A stretch of 64,000 nt of DNA. It comes from the human T2T-CHM13v2.0 reference genome, Homo sapiens. Every line of letters starts with the position of its first letter. The stretch's first letter is position 1. The position numbers and the translations under genes are program-made. The notes under the pieces are model-generated. The model saw nothing but the letters and a program-made list of their open reading frames with translations, searched no databases and was not told the DNA's origin. The stretch lies in the NCBI RefSeq assembly GCF_009914755.1, contig NC_060930.1; one strand, 5' to 3'. Of the stretch, positions 50,023 to 63,070 are shown one piece after another.

Positions 50023-51515
50023 CCAATCTCCTACTTTGTCTGGTGAAAATGGTGTCCCTGATGGCTTTAGCATTTTGGAAGGTTTAACAGGCAAACTTCT
50101 TTGAATCTCATCATGTTTCCTTTTCATTGTGCTGGTTTCATAGCAAAGGCTACAAGTTATTTGCCGACCACAGCCCTCAGTCCCATGTTGAGAGGGCACT
50201 CCACAAATTGCATGGATATTTCCATCACATGATATACAACTATTAACACCTGTGCATTCTTTTTCACAAACTACACAGGATAAAAATCTTAGTCTGCTCT
50301 CAGGAGGGCTTTTTTCAGCCACCTTAGGAGTGACAGAAAGATTCTCTTCAATATCACTACTGTCTGTTCCAGTCTCAATGTTTTCTTCATACTGGGCTCT
50401 TAAAGTATTTTCTAACTCTTTGTCAGCCTGATCTAATTCATTTTCTGTATGCAAGCTGGCAACAAGTTCTTCAGTTAGCTGAGAATGGGACAAGCCCAGT
50501 TTAGCTTCAGAGCTAAATGCACTTTCACATGGAGTCTGTTGCATGCTTCTGTGATAGGGCTGATTTTGGGACATCTGAATGAACCACAAAAATTCAGTCC
50601 AGTGTGATGAGTTGTTAGTTTGCATCCAGGAGAAAATCCTCTTTCGGATATCCTCAGTTTGTTCTGCAGAACTCTGGCTTTGGCAGGTCTGAGACTTCCC
50701 ATGGACAATTTTCAATTCTGGCCAAATATTACTGAGTTCACTGACAACCTGGCTTGAAAATTCCCTCCCATTGTCAGATTGTAGGACACTGGGTGCTCCA
50801 ATAATTGTAAATATATCTAAAAGAGCATGTGCAACTTCCGTAGGCCTTTTAGACTTTAATGACCGTAAAAAAGTTAACTTTGTACAGAGATCTTGATAAT
50901 GCAAAATAAATCTGTACTCCCCATCAGGATTCAACTGCATGTCTATAAGATCTACTTGGCATCTTGAACTAACTTCCTTAATTGATTTTGATGTTAGAAC
51001 CTTCTTGAGTTTTGAATTTTTCTGTTGGCATGGTTTACAGAGGGTCAGATACAGCATTATAACTTCTTTTGTGATGTTCTTGTATTTCGCTTGTAACTCT
51101 TTCTCCATGCGAGTACGTCCACCATGTCCAATGCTGAGATGTGTATTATGCAGAATGTCAAATAAGTCCTCACTGTGTAAGTAATACCGTATTTTATCTG
51201 TTTCCCCATTTACAGCCTCAATTAGCTTCTCATTTCCTTGTACAAGGATAACATCAAATCTAGCCAAGCGACGGTAGTCAACTGATTCCTTTTTCGCCTT
51301 AGCTTTAGCTTCTTTCACTTCCTTTATCAACTGACAGTACTTTGCTTTAGAAAATATCTTAGTATTATTACTTTTGTTTTCCAGTAACCTTGCTAAGCTT
51401 CTGAAGAACTTTTCTCTCATGTTTTCTGGTTCAATTTCTGCTTCATTAGTATCTAAGCTACTGAGGTTATCACCACCCATGCTTTGAGACATCATGGAAA
51501 ACCACAAAAATGACC
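50023..51515 (-). CDS. SCAND3: SCAND3/ZBED9 coding exon 3: KRBA2-like integrase (HHCC + DDE) and C4HC3 finger
   Basis: TTTAG| acceptor (phase 1) and TGG|GTAAGA donor; 1493 nt open; motifs HLSIGH...CKPC, QVDLID, LQSDNGREF. Confidence 0.95.
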
Positions 51516-51560
51516 CTAAAAACAAAGGAAAAAAATCAATTAGAATATTCAGGAATATAA

Positions 51561-51943
<383 letters not shown>

Positions 51944-52146
51944 GGGGGATACCATTTTGATTAAGGAATCCAACTTTGGTGGAATGAAGAGCGTAAATGA
52001 AACTCCAGCCAATAACAAAAAGTTTCAAACAATAAAGAGCAGAAAGCCAGGACATGAATTTCCAGAGCAGTTTTCAGGATTGAAGCACTGTTTTATGTAA
52101 AATAGGATGCAAATTAACATTTACTTGTTTGTTTACTATGCAAAGA

Positions 52147-52287
52147 CTTTTTTTTTTTTTTTGTATTTTTAGTAGAGACGGGGTTTCACTGTGTTAGCCA
52201 GGATGGTCTCGATCTCCTGACCTCATGATCCACCTGCCTTGGCCTCCTAAAATGCTGGGATTACAGGCGTGAGCCACCACACCCGGT
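52147..52287 (-). mobile_element. Alu left arm (Y-like)
   Basis: gtgttagccaggatggtctcgatctcctgacc; AGACTTTT flanks. Confidence 0.88.
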
Positions 52288-52762
52288 CTCAGACTTTTTT
52301 TTTTTGGAGGAACCTCAGCAAGACAATAATAGATTTTTAAAAAAATCTCCACACTACACATTTTCTCTTTTATTCAGTCAGGTTAGCTATTACATCAACA
52401 TTTGAGGAGTAAGTTCCAACCTAATATATTCATATCAGCTCCCTTTTAGGGCTATTAACTACAAACTCAATACAAATAGCTTCATTACTAATTTTAATAA
52501 GAGTACTGGATGAGTCAAAATCAGTGAAAAATTTCTGACTTAATAAAGCTTATTAAAAGAAATTTCTAGAATACTCATAATAACAGAAACACTAAGAATA
52601 CTTCAAATTTGGCTAAGTGTTAAGGAAAAAAACTATTTTGGAAAAAGTAAAAAATAATAATTTGGAATTAGCATAACATCTCTAGATAGTTTTATAGTTG
52701 CTTGGAAAAATACTTTCACTCAAGTCAACATCATTTATACTATCAATTTGCATACCAAATAG

Positions 52763-53514
52763 TGAGACAGAGCAGGGACCCCTCTTAGGGGCCTGTCAGC
52801 CACCCCTAACCCCAAGCATGGTAATAACAGAAAATCTTGAGTTCCTTCAAGGGAAATTCCAGGCATCTAACTATCTTTAAGAAGTAAATGAGCAACTTGA
52901 TAAACAAGAAGGTAATACCTTAAAACAACATCCAAAAAAGTTAGTCATGAGATGTTCCCTATATTAACTAAAGATAGCATCTTAACATATATCCCTAAGT
53001 TGTTTTTCAGAAACCCATACCTCCACCAAATGGATCCACTGGTCTGAAGACCTCAGATAATGGGGAACTGAGGACTGAACTCCAACCGCTGCTTTGTTCT
53101 AAAGTTCTTCCTGTGGGGCCTGGAAGAAGTCACACCCGCAAGCCAGAGCTAACCTTTTTTTCTGCTGATCCCAAATTTTCAGACAAAGCTTTGCCTCCTT
53201 AACCAATTGCAAATCAAAAAATCTTTGAATCTACCTATGACCTGTAAGCCCCTTCTCTGAGATGTCCATCCTACCTTTTTAGGTCAAAATAATGTACAGT
53301 GTCCACGTATTGATTTATGACTTTGCTTGTAACCTCTGACTCCCTTCTTTTAAAAAAACTTTACTTGCAAACCATTGGGGAAACTGGGTCTTAATTTTGA
53401 GGGGACCAATTCTCCTTGCTTGACACTCTGCAAATAAATGCCCTCTTTTCTCCTGTTGATGTGGATGTTTGGCTTTCCTGTGCCAGGCAAGTGAACCCGT
53501 TTGGTTCTGTAGCA
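52763..53514 (+). mobile_element. ERV1 solo LTR (MER39-like), antisense to SCAND3 in intron 2
   Basis: Starts TGAGACAGAGCAGGGACCCCTCTTAGGGG; AATAAA at ~53433; ends GTAGCA. Confidence 0.75.
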
Positions 53515-54651
53515 GTAATGAACTACTAAATTTAAATCATCTAAAATGTTTATATTTTCTAAAACTAGGTTAAAATTAATGATATGTTACTGTGTGGTTT
53601 GGCCTCATTTAACTCTCAATTGTTCCAGTAAGGCTTCTTTGATCATTAAATTTAAACTCACAGTGAGTTTTCCTTTCCTGAAAATCATTATCTATTTATA
53701 ACACAAGTTAGCACTATCGCAGTTTTTTCTTTAACTGTTTTATAGGTAGATGCAACAAGACTGTAAGTTTCTAAAGAAACAGAGATCACTTATTTCTCTA
53801 GTATCTTTCACATTATCTAACACGTTACTACATCTAGTGTTCAATAGAAAATTGTTAACTTTATAATAAAATAACAATAATGGTAAGTGCTATCTCAAAA
53901 TGTGACTGAAAAAGACCATCCTATGGATAGCATTTCTTTCCATACTGATCCATTTTGTGCCATGCTATAGAACTAGAAGCAGAGAAGGAAAATAAATAAG
54001 AATGAATTAGAAGAAGAAATACAGGGCAATGTCAAGAGAACCAGGAAAATATGAGCCCCAGAAGTTTGTAGAATCAATATTAATGTCTAAGAAAATTGTT
54101 AGGGCTATAAGAGGAGAAAAACATTGTATCCATTTTACCTAATCCTTTTTAAATGGAAAAGATAGCTGTTCCAGAACCAGGCCAGACTCCACCTCTACTA
54201 TACATTATACCAATAACAGACCTTAGAACACTAATAAACATAGACTTCAGAAATTCCATATTCTAAGGTAGAATTTCCAAATAGTATTTCCAATGTATAC
54301 ACAGTCATTATGTGACAAAAATTGTGGTCAGAGGCTACAGCAATGGGACCCATGACTACACTGACAAGTGCTCAGTATTTACATACAGAGGTATCTGATT
54401 TATCCACAGGTACTTACTAACTTCATTACAAAGTATCCATGAAAAATCTTGTGTTCAAGTATTTTTGACATTATTATCTGACTGTTTTAATTCAACTCCC
54501 TTAATAACATTACACTATACTGATTGGCTTTTCCTTCAACTATTAATACATTCAATAGAAGCTGAAATGGAATGAGGTTTGATAACTTTCAATACTAGAC
54601 CCTTCATTCTCCCAAGTCTCACCTTCTTTCTTAGAACTAAATTATTCTCAC

Positions 54652-54799
54652 CATTATCTTGAAGTGGGTGTGGCTCTGGAGATTCACATTCCATTCTATC
54701 TTCCATAGACTGAAGCTGGGTGCCTAAAGACTCCTTTGCAGAATCCAGAGGGATCATTTCTTCCATAGAAACTTCCTGCCCATATGTGCCCTGTGAGAC
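54652..54799 (-). CDS. SCAND3: SCAND3/ZBED9 coding exon 2 (148-nt linker; VSQGTYGQEVSMEE...PLQDN)
   Basis: CCACAG| acceptor and G|GTGAGA donor; phases 0/1 join exons 1 and 3 in frame. Confidence 0.92.
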
Positions 54800-55144
54800 C
54801 TGTGGACAAGTAGGTGCATTTGGTAAACAATACAAATAATTGTAGTTTGTCATAGCTAAACTTGTATTCTTCCACTAAAATAGAATGTAAGAAGAAAATC
54901 AGTCTTTACTGAATTCTTAAGTACAAGATAAAACATGAAGAGAAATGAAAAATGCTGGGACTAATAAAGCCAGAGCCATACAACAGAAACTGATGTCTCT
55001 ATAGGACAGGAGTTAAAACGCATCCCTTTGGTTTCTGTTTCTGGGAATAACAATGAAAGCACGTTAAAGAAATATCTCCTAAACCGTGATGACTGAAAAA
55101 AATTGTAAATGAGTTCCAGTGTGGTTAATTAAAAGTAAATATTG

Positions 55145-55265
55145 GGCTGGGTGCAGTGGCTCATGCCTGTAATCCCAGCACTTTGGGAGGTCGAGGCAGG
55201 TGGATCACCTGAGGTCAGGAGTTCGAGAGCAGCCTGGCCAACATGGAGAAACCCTGTCTCTACTA
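55145..55265 (+). mobile_element. Alu left arm
   Basis: Alu 5' monomer to the linker. Confidence 0.88.
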
Positions 55266-55539
55266 TTAATAATGCAGATTCACCAGGCCTAAGAAAATGT
55301 ACAAATTGTTAAAGGATTACAGAGTTATTAATGGTTACACTTACGCTACATCGAGTTGGAAAATGTCCATGGATAGTGAATCCCAAAATTGCACATAAAC
55401 CAGAATATTCTAAAAGGGAATATCCAGTGACATAGGAGGAGATGAAAGCCTACATATTATTAGAATATCATGTTGGGATTTAAGATTCTGTGTCATGCTC
55501 CTTTCCTCCAACTTGGATACCACATAATAAATTTATTCT

Positions 55540-55835
55540 TGCCGGGCATGGTGGCTCATGCCTGTAATCCCAGCATTTTGGGACTAATAAAAGGAGGCCA
55601 AGGTGGATGCATCACCTGAGGTAACGAGTTCGGGACCAACTTAGCCAACATGATGAAACCCCATCTCTACTAAAAACACAAAAATTAGCCAGACGAGGTG
55701 GTGCACGCCTGTAGTCCCAGCTACTCAGGAGGCTGAGGCAGGAGGATCATTTGAACTCAGGAGGCAGAGGTTGCAGTGAGTTGAGATCATGCCACTGCAC
55801 GACAGAGCGAGACTCCGTCTCAAAAAAAAAAAAAA
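55540..55835 (+). mobile_element. Alu
   Basis: Dimer with small indels and A tail. Confidence 0.9.
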
Positions 55836-56433
55836 ATTCTTAAACTGTGCAAAGCACATTTCAAAAAATCATTTTCTCAAAATTCATAAAATGGTTAAGC
55901 CAGTTCCCTTTGGTATGTTTTTCCCTTCTCTGAGCTTAATAAGGTATCTTATGTAAATTGCTTTGTATAATATAATAGCATGCATTTCAATTTGTCTAAA
56001 TCTTTGCATAACTGCCAGAAACAGAATCTGTGAAAGAGGGCCACCTGCTGTTTATAATTAAACAATGTATCAATTCTGTAATGTTAGTATACACAATCCC
56101 AGCTTTTGGAGCAACTAAGAAACAAAATATGGATATGGTTCATTGTGCTGAATTATTCACTGACTCTCCCCCACCCCCCCACCCCCCCAAGCACAAACAC
56201 AAATCTAGTCTCTTGATTCCTCTACTTTTCCACCAGCTGGACTAGACCAAAATGGGTGGGCCTGGTCTTAGAACCAGGAGGAACTCCACTTCTGCCTCTA
56301 CCACAGAAGTTTGAAGAGTACCTTGGGTAGTGGTAATAAATTACAAAACTGAAGTTACTTCAAACTGGTCATGACAGTCATTAGTCTTTCAGTATTCAAT
56401 TCCTGGGTTTGATTTTTTTTAACGCTGGAAAGA

Positions 56434-56827
<394 letters not shown>

Positions 56828-57527
56828 TTACAGTGGCACAAACAAATAGGGGTTTATTTTTGTTACATAACAAGAAGCCTAGAAGAAGGTAGTTGCTGGC
56901 ACCAACTCATTTATCTAACAGTTTTTCAGGGACCCTAGCTGTCTTCATATTTCTGCTCTGTCACTTTTAACACTAGCATTTGGCCTCATGCTTACCATCA
57001 CTTAATGGTCAGAAGATGGCCAGATATCATATTAGTGTTCAAGACTGGAAGTGAGAAAAGGTGAAACTAAAGTAATCTCCCCTATCCTATCAGGAAAATA
57101 AAAGCTTCCCCAGGAACCTCCTCCCCGAAATATGCTTATTTCTCCCTGGCCAGAATTCTGTTGCATAGTTAACTCTAGAACAAGGAAGCCTGGAAAAGAA
57201 TTTAATTAGATATATTGCCAGTATGAACAAAACCAACATTTTGTCGGGAGGAAAGAAGGGTAGAATAGACACTGGGTTGGCAGCTAAAAGTGTCTGCCAG
57301 TGGTATTTCCCCTGTGGGGGAAATCACACAAAAACAAGAAAAATGAGAAACATTTATACAAACTTGATATTCAACAACACTAAGAGATATTTATAACTCT
57401 GACCACATTAAAAAAACTATCAAACATGATCAGCGTATAACCTGAACAATACCCAAGGAACTGACCAAACACCAAGTCCTACCAGAAGCTACATTTTTCA
57501 ACAAAGCTAGAAGGGGAAATTTTAAAG

Positions 57528-57746
57528 CAAGCTTATCCACCCTGCAGCCTGCAGGCCACTTGCAGCCCAGGACAGTTCTGAATGTGGCCCAACACAATCT
57601 TGTAAACTTTCTTAAAACATTGTAAGATTGTTTTGTGATTTTTTTTAAGCTCATCAGCAATCGTTAGTGTTAGTGTATTTTAGTGTGGCCCAAGACAATT
57701 ATTCTTCCAATATGGCCCAGGGAAGCCAAAAGATTGGATACCCCTA
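57528..57746 (+). mobile_element. MER30-like hAT MITE
   Basis: 8-bp TSD TTTTAAAG/TTCTAAAG; ends ggcccagggaagccaaaagattggatacccct. Confidence 0.82.
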
Positions 57747-58017
57747 TTCTAAAGTAACAGGCATATCTTAAGGGGGAAAAAAACTACAGTATTTGTTATT
57801 TAAAGCAAAGAGAAAAGGGTGTGCTGACTAGACGTGAGAAACTGCTTATATAGGCATTTGTGCTGCAACATAACATATGAATGTATTAAAAAAACATGCT
57901 TTCTGCAAAACTGCAGAAAAGTGACAGGATTTATGGGGAAAATACGGTTAAAGGGTGGACTATTTTAACACCTACACAACTTTGTCACTAGAGCATTATT
58001 AAAACTATAACAACTCC

Positions 58018-58347
<330 letters not shown>

Positions 58348-58488
58348 CTAGTAAAAATATAAGACATTAATAAATCTTACTTTAAGTATAGGATTTTACC
58401 TTAGAAAGGTGATGTTATCTTGTTAGAAACAAGTGTGAGGAAAGGGGGGGCAAGGGTGGAAGGATATAATCATCAAAAATTCAAAGGT

Positions 58489-58790
58489 GGGTCGGGCACG
58501 GTGGCTCACGCCTGTATTCCCAACACTTTGGGAGGCCGAGGTGGGCGGATCACGAGGTCAGGAGACTGAGACCATCCTGGTTAACACGGTGAAACCTCGT
58601 ATCTACTAAAAATTAGCCGGGCGTGGTGGCGGGCGCCTGTAGTCCCAGCTACTCGGGAGGCTGAGGCAGGAGAATGACTGAACCCCGGAGGCAGAGCTTG
58701 CAGTGAGCCGAGATCGTGCCACTACACTGCAGCCCAGGGGACAGAGCGAGACTCTGTCTCAAAACAAACAAACAAACAACAACAACAACA
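58489..58790 (+). mobile_element. AluY-like with TSD AATTCAAAGGT
   Basis: Y diagnostics, (CAA)n tail, matching flanks. Confidence 0.93.
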
Positions 58791-61671
58791 ATTCAAAGGT
58801 GGAAAGATATAATCATCAAAAATCCAAGTGAAGACGCTTGAACATTTGATGTTATATTCTTCCACCCTTGGATATAGTGATACTACAAGAAACATGATGT
58901 GGGTTCCCGTTTATCATCTTGTTTTTATTTATTTGACACTGGCTTATAAAAAGATACCCAGTGTTTGCTGTTTTAACACTTTCCTTCTTTCATAAAGAAG
59001 CTGTTTATATGGGTCCAATTAGGGCTTTATGTCATGAAGTGAAATCATGCTGCGTTCTGCATTGTAGTCATTATCTTTTATCTACTCCAACTGCTTCTCT
59101 ATCATACTTGAAGCAGAAGATAACTGAGAAGTGAAAAGCTCTTGGGAGGCAGCTTGTAGCTTGTGGAACTGCATGTTCTTCTTCCTCCACACCTTCCATT
59201 TGTGCCTCAGCAACTAACTTGCAGCTCTTCTGTAGAAAGATCCTGTGTGTCAGATTGCAGCAGCTCCGCATTATCCTCACTAGCAACTTCTTCAAATCCA
59301 ACCCCCTTTGCAAGAGCGATACAGCTTGGGTTGGTTTTGGGGAGATCTTCTGAAGGCTCAAAGGCTTTGGAATCATAAATTAAATCAGGGAGAATTGTAT
59401 ATCACACCCCGTGCAAACAGGCTTTTGTGAAATCATTCCAGGCCTCTACAATAATATCAATAATAAGTTTAATGTTGAATCATTTACAGAATTCAAAAAA
59501 TGTTAGGGCACTGTCACCCCCTGTATAGGCAACCAATATCTTGAATGTTTGCTTTAAATAATAAGCTTTAAAGATTGCAATCACACCATGATTAAGGGGC
59601 TGCAGTAAAGAAGTTGTATTGGGAGGTAAAATGAGAACTGTGATATTTGAGGAAAGCTCAGTGACTACTGGAGGGTGGCTTGGTGTATCACTGAGAATTA
59701 TAAGAATTTTAAAAGACAATTTTTTTCTCTTGCAATGTTTTATTTTTTTTAATCTACAAAAAAATCACCCGAAAGATCAGAAAATATCTGCCCTGTCATC
59801 TAGTCTCTCTTGCTAGACCTGTAGTAGGCACCAAGGCTAGTCTTTACAATTCATTTTAAAGCTTATAGATTGGCAGAATGATAATCACAGGCTTTAGCTT
59901 TAAAATTCCACTGGCATTTGCACCCAGCATCACCATCAGTTGATCCTTTGTAGCCTTAAACCCCACAGTGTGTTTCTAGAGTACTTCCAGTCCTGCTTAC
60001 TCCATTCTGGATCAATGCATCCAAATTCTCCACATATCCCCTTGAGGGCATCTGCTTCCAATAGAGACTGGTTTCATAAAAAGTAAAAATCTGAGCCAGG
60101 GGATGGCCTTCCTTATCAATCTAATTTCTTAATGAGGGGAAAATGTCTTTGCAGCTTCTTCATCTGCACTTACAGCCTCGTCTGCACAGACAGTTTAACA
60201 CTGTGGAAAGTACAGTAGTTCTTGAAGATACTAAACCAGCCACTACTTCCACTAAATGAAGGCACTTCTGCGGGACTTCCATCTTTTTTTCTTAATGTCT
60301 CCATACATTGTGAAGGTATTTTCTTTAACTCTGAGAAAGACTGCATTGGATTGCTTCCTTGTTTGGTATTCAATCCACACACTTAACAAATGCTCCATTT
60401 CCTCCATTTCCTTATTCCTTGTTCCAACAGATTTCATAACACTGGCAGTTGTTCCAGCTAGATAATTTTATTTTTCCCATCATTGTCTCTAATTGTACAT
60501 ACATTTACTCCTTTATGCCAGTTGCATGACCAATCTCACAGTTTCTTTTCTTTCAAAACACTGTATAGTTTCAAACTTGTCTTCAATTGTTAAAGCTTTT
60601 CTTCTTTTATACTCACTAGCAGAAATTTTATCACAAGCACACTTCTATGGCACTTGCAAAACCCTCTGCTTGCTCCTTTTCTGGAATACAAAAAACTTTA
60701 GCAAAAAATACACAAAGATGGGAGGGAACAATGTAAATAAGTGCTTCCAAGACAGCCAGAGGAAGGATGTGGGGGCAAATGGGAATTATGTACAGTACTG
60801 TATGTATTCAGGACTTGCTGTGCTCAGCTACATCAGATACTCTGAATTCAGCTACTCCCACCTGGTGGCCCCAAACATCAACTTGCTGGGAAAACTCATA
60901 CATGAGCTTACACAATTTCAGCATTATACTGACTCATTTCTGGCATACTGACCTCATTTTAAAAGATTTTGCATTCCAGAAACATGCGTTTTTAACAGAT
61001 CAGACTGTATACATAAAGGGTTCACATTCTGAAAGAGTTCAGATAAATGTATGAATAGTATCACTAAAAAATATAAGAATGTCTGGCAATATCCACAATG
61101 TTCTAAAATTACTGTCAAAGAAGGCAAATATACTCCTTTAGAAACAACTCCACTGTAATGGCAAAAAGCTTTTAAAATTCTTCTAAAAATAATTTTGAGC
61201 TCAAAACATTTTACATACCAACTCTAGATACTGAAAAGAACCAAGGAAATCATGCAATTAGTATTTTCATTGTACAGATGAAGACATTAATGTCCCAGAG
61301 AAGGTGTAATATGCCCAAGGTTACACAGCTAATTAGTAACAGAGCCTAGATAGCTTCAAAAGACAGTAATTTTTTTAAAAAAATTTACTATTGTATATTT
61401 CTTTAATCTCATAGTCACTACATAAAATATATTTTCTACTGGTAAAAAATAGATCAAGCTTTTCCATTTGGTTAAATCATTTAATTATTTGTATCATACA
61501 CAAAAACTGTTATCTCATATGCACGCATCTATTCATCTACACCAGTGATCAAATAAGAAATAATGCCCCAAACCAGGGTTTCCAACCACCAGCGCGAAAT
61601 TACTCCCATTACTCCATTCTGGATCCATGCACCCAAATTCTCCACAGAAGATGGCACCTCCAATTTCTCAC

Positions 61672-62091
61672 CTGCTGTCTAGGTTCATCAAGCTCCCTCT
61701 CCAAATCTTCCAGCAAAGTCACCACCTCTTCTCCACTCTCAGGATTATGCTCCCGCACCCAAGACTGGAGCTCCTCAGGCAGGATGGTCAGGAACTGCTC
61801 CAGCACCAACAATTCCAGGATCTGCTCCTTGGTATGTATCTCTGGGTTCAGCCACTGACGGCAAAGTTCCCGCAGTTGACTCAGAGCCTCCCTGGGCCCA
61901 GGTGTCTCCTGATAGCAGAACTGCCTGAAGCGCTGACGAGAGAGTTCCCTGGTATAAGACAAATTCCTACGTAGGGCTGATTCCTGATCCCAAGTGTGGT
62001 CTTCTTCTTTAACCTTTACTTTGATAATCTCCCCTTGTTCTTCTGGAGCCTGGCCAGCCAAGGCTGGGAAGACCCTAGAGACTGCTTCCAT
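61672..62091 (-). CDS. SCAND3: SCAND3/ZBED9 first coding exon: SCAN domain
   Basis: ATG at 62091 (gggATGG); [54 protein letters not shown]; CAG|GTGAGA donor; the four exons sum to 3978 nt = 1325 aa. Confidence 0.96.
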
Positions 62092-62329
62092 CCCGAGCTT
62101 AGACAGCTCAGGCAAAGGTTCTCTCCAGTTGGGGTCTAGTCAAATGGGTGATTTTACTTGAGCTCCTTTTTTGTTCTTGGTCAGGAAAGTTTTTGATATA
62201 AGAAAACACTCAACACAGGACAACTACAGACTCAGTTTAAAAGGACTTGTTTACGTGACAACACAGGGCAGTTACTCGGGCAATTCCATTGAAAGTGAAG
62301 CCATCCTCTGAAAAGACCAGAAATAGTGA

Positions 62330-63070
62330 GCACAGAGCGACTCACTAAAGCTTCAGGGTCACAAATTGAGCGGCAAGATACTTGCGAGACAGAAAACCGA
62401 GGTTATGACGGATACTTTGGCCCTAAATAAAGCCTGGGTGTATGAGCCTAGGCAAGGAAACGAAGATCGGAGCAGCCTGGGCGAGGGCGGAGAGGGAGAG
62501 GGGCTCACAAGCTGCCTGGGGAAGAGGCCCGATTGTCGCCGCGCACATGCACCCTTCCCTCGGCCGCAGCTCCCACCTCTGAGGAGCTCAGACCCTGTGG
62601 AACCCAGACTAGTGGGTCGAGGGAAACACTCTACAGCTCAGGTGGAGGTTCCGCAGACACACCCGCAGCTGTGCCCGTAGGTTCCGGCCGGGCCCGGTGA
62701 GCCACGCTCACTTCCGGTCCGCTCTAGGATTCCAGGTGGTGCCGTCTTCTCACTGGTTGTGCAAACACCTACGGTACCAGTAATTCTGGGGAGGCAAGTA
62801 CTCTGGAAACGACGGAGAATTAACTCCGGAATTACCTAGTTATCTGGCATCACGGTGAAAAGAGTTCCACAGTGTGAGTAGTGCTGGAGTAGATGCTGCT
62901 GGTCTGTGTTTTCCTGTCACCGTGATAAACCATCGCTGGCACTCAGACCCGTGGTGCTCACCGCAGCGACCTGAAACAAAATGGAGAGGAGCATCCCTAA
63001 GGACTACCACGTCAGCGAATCTGTAGGATCGTCCCCCGCCTTTCCTCGTTAATTTCGGGCCACTTTCACC
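62330..63070 (-). promoter_or_regulatory. CpG-rich promoter/first-exon region of SCAND3
   Basis: High GC and CpG; ETS motif ACCGGAAGTG at 62709-62718 (minus); GC box GGGCGG at ~62485. Confidence 0.8.

Noticed and set aside
59071-60951. Functional Tigger transposase gene
   Set aside because: Motifs are scattered over several frames with stops, and catalytic-region residues appear altered (SDTPSH, QPLNHG).
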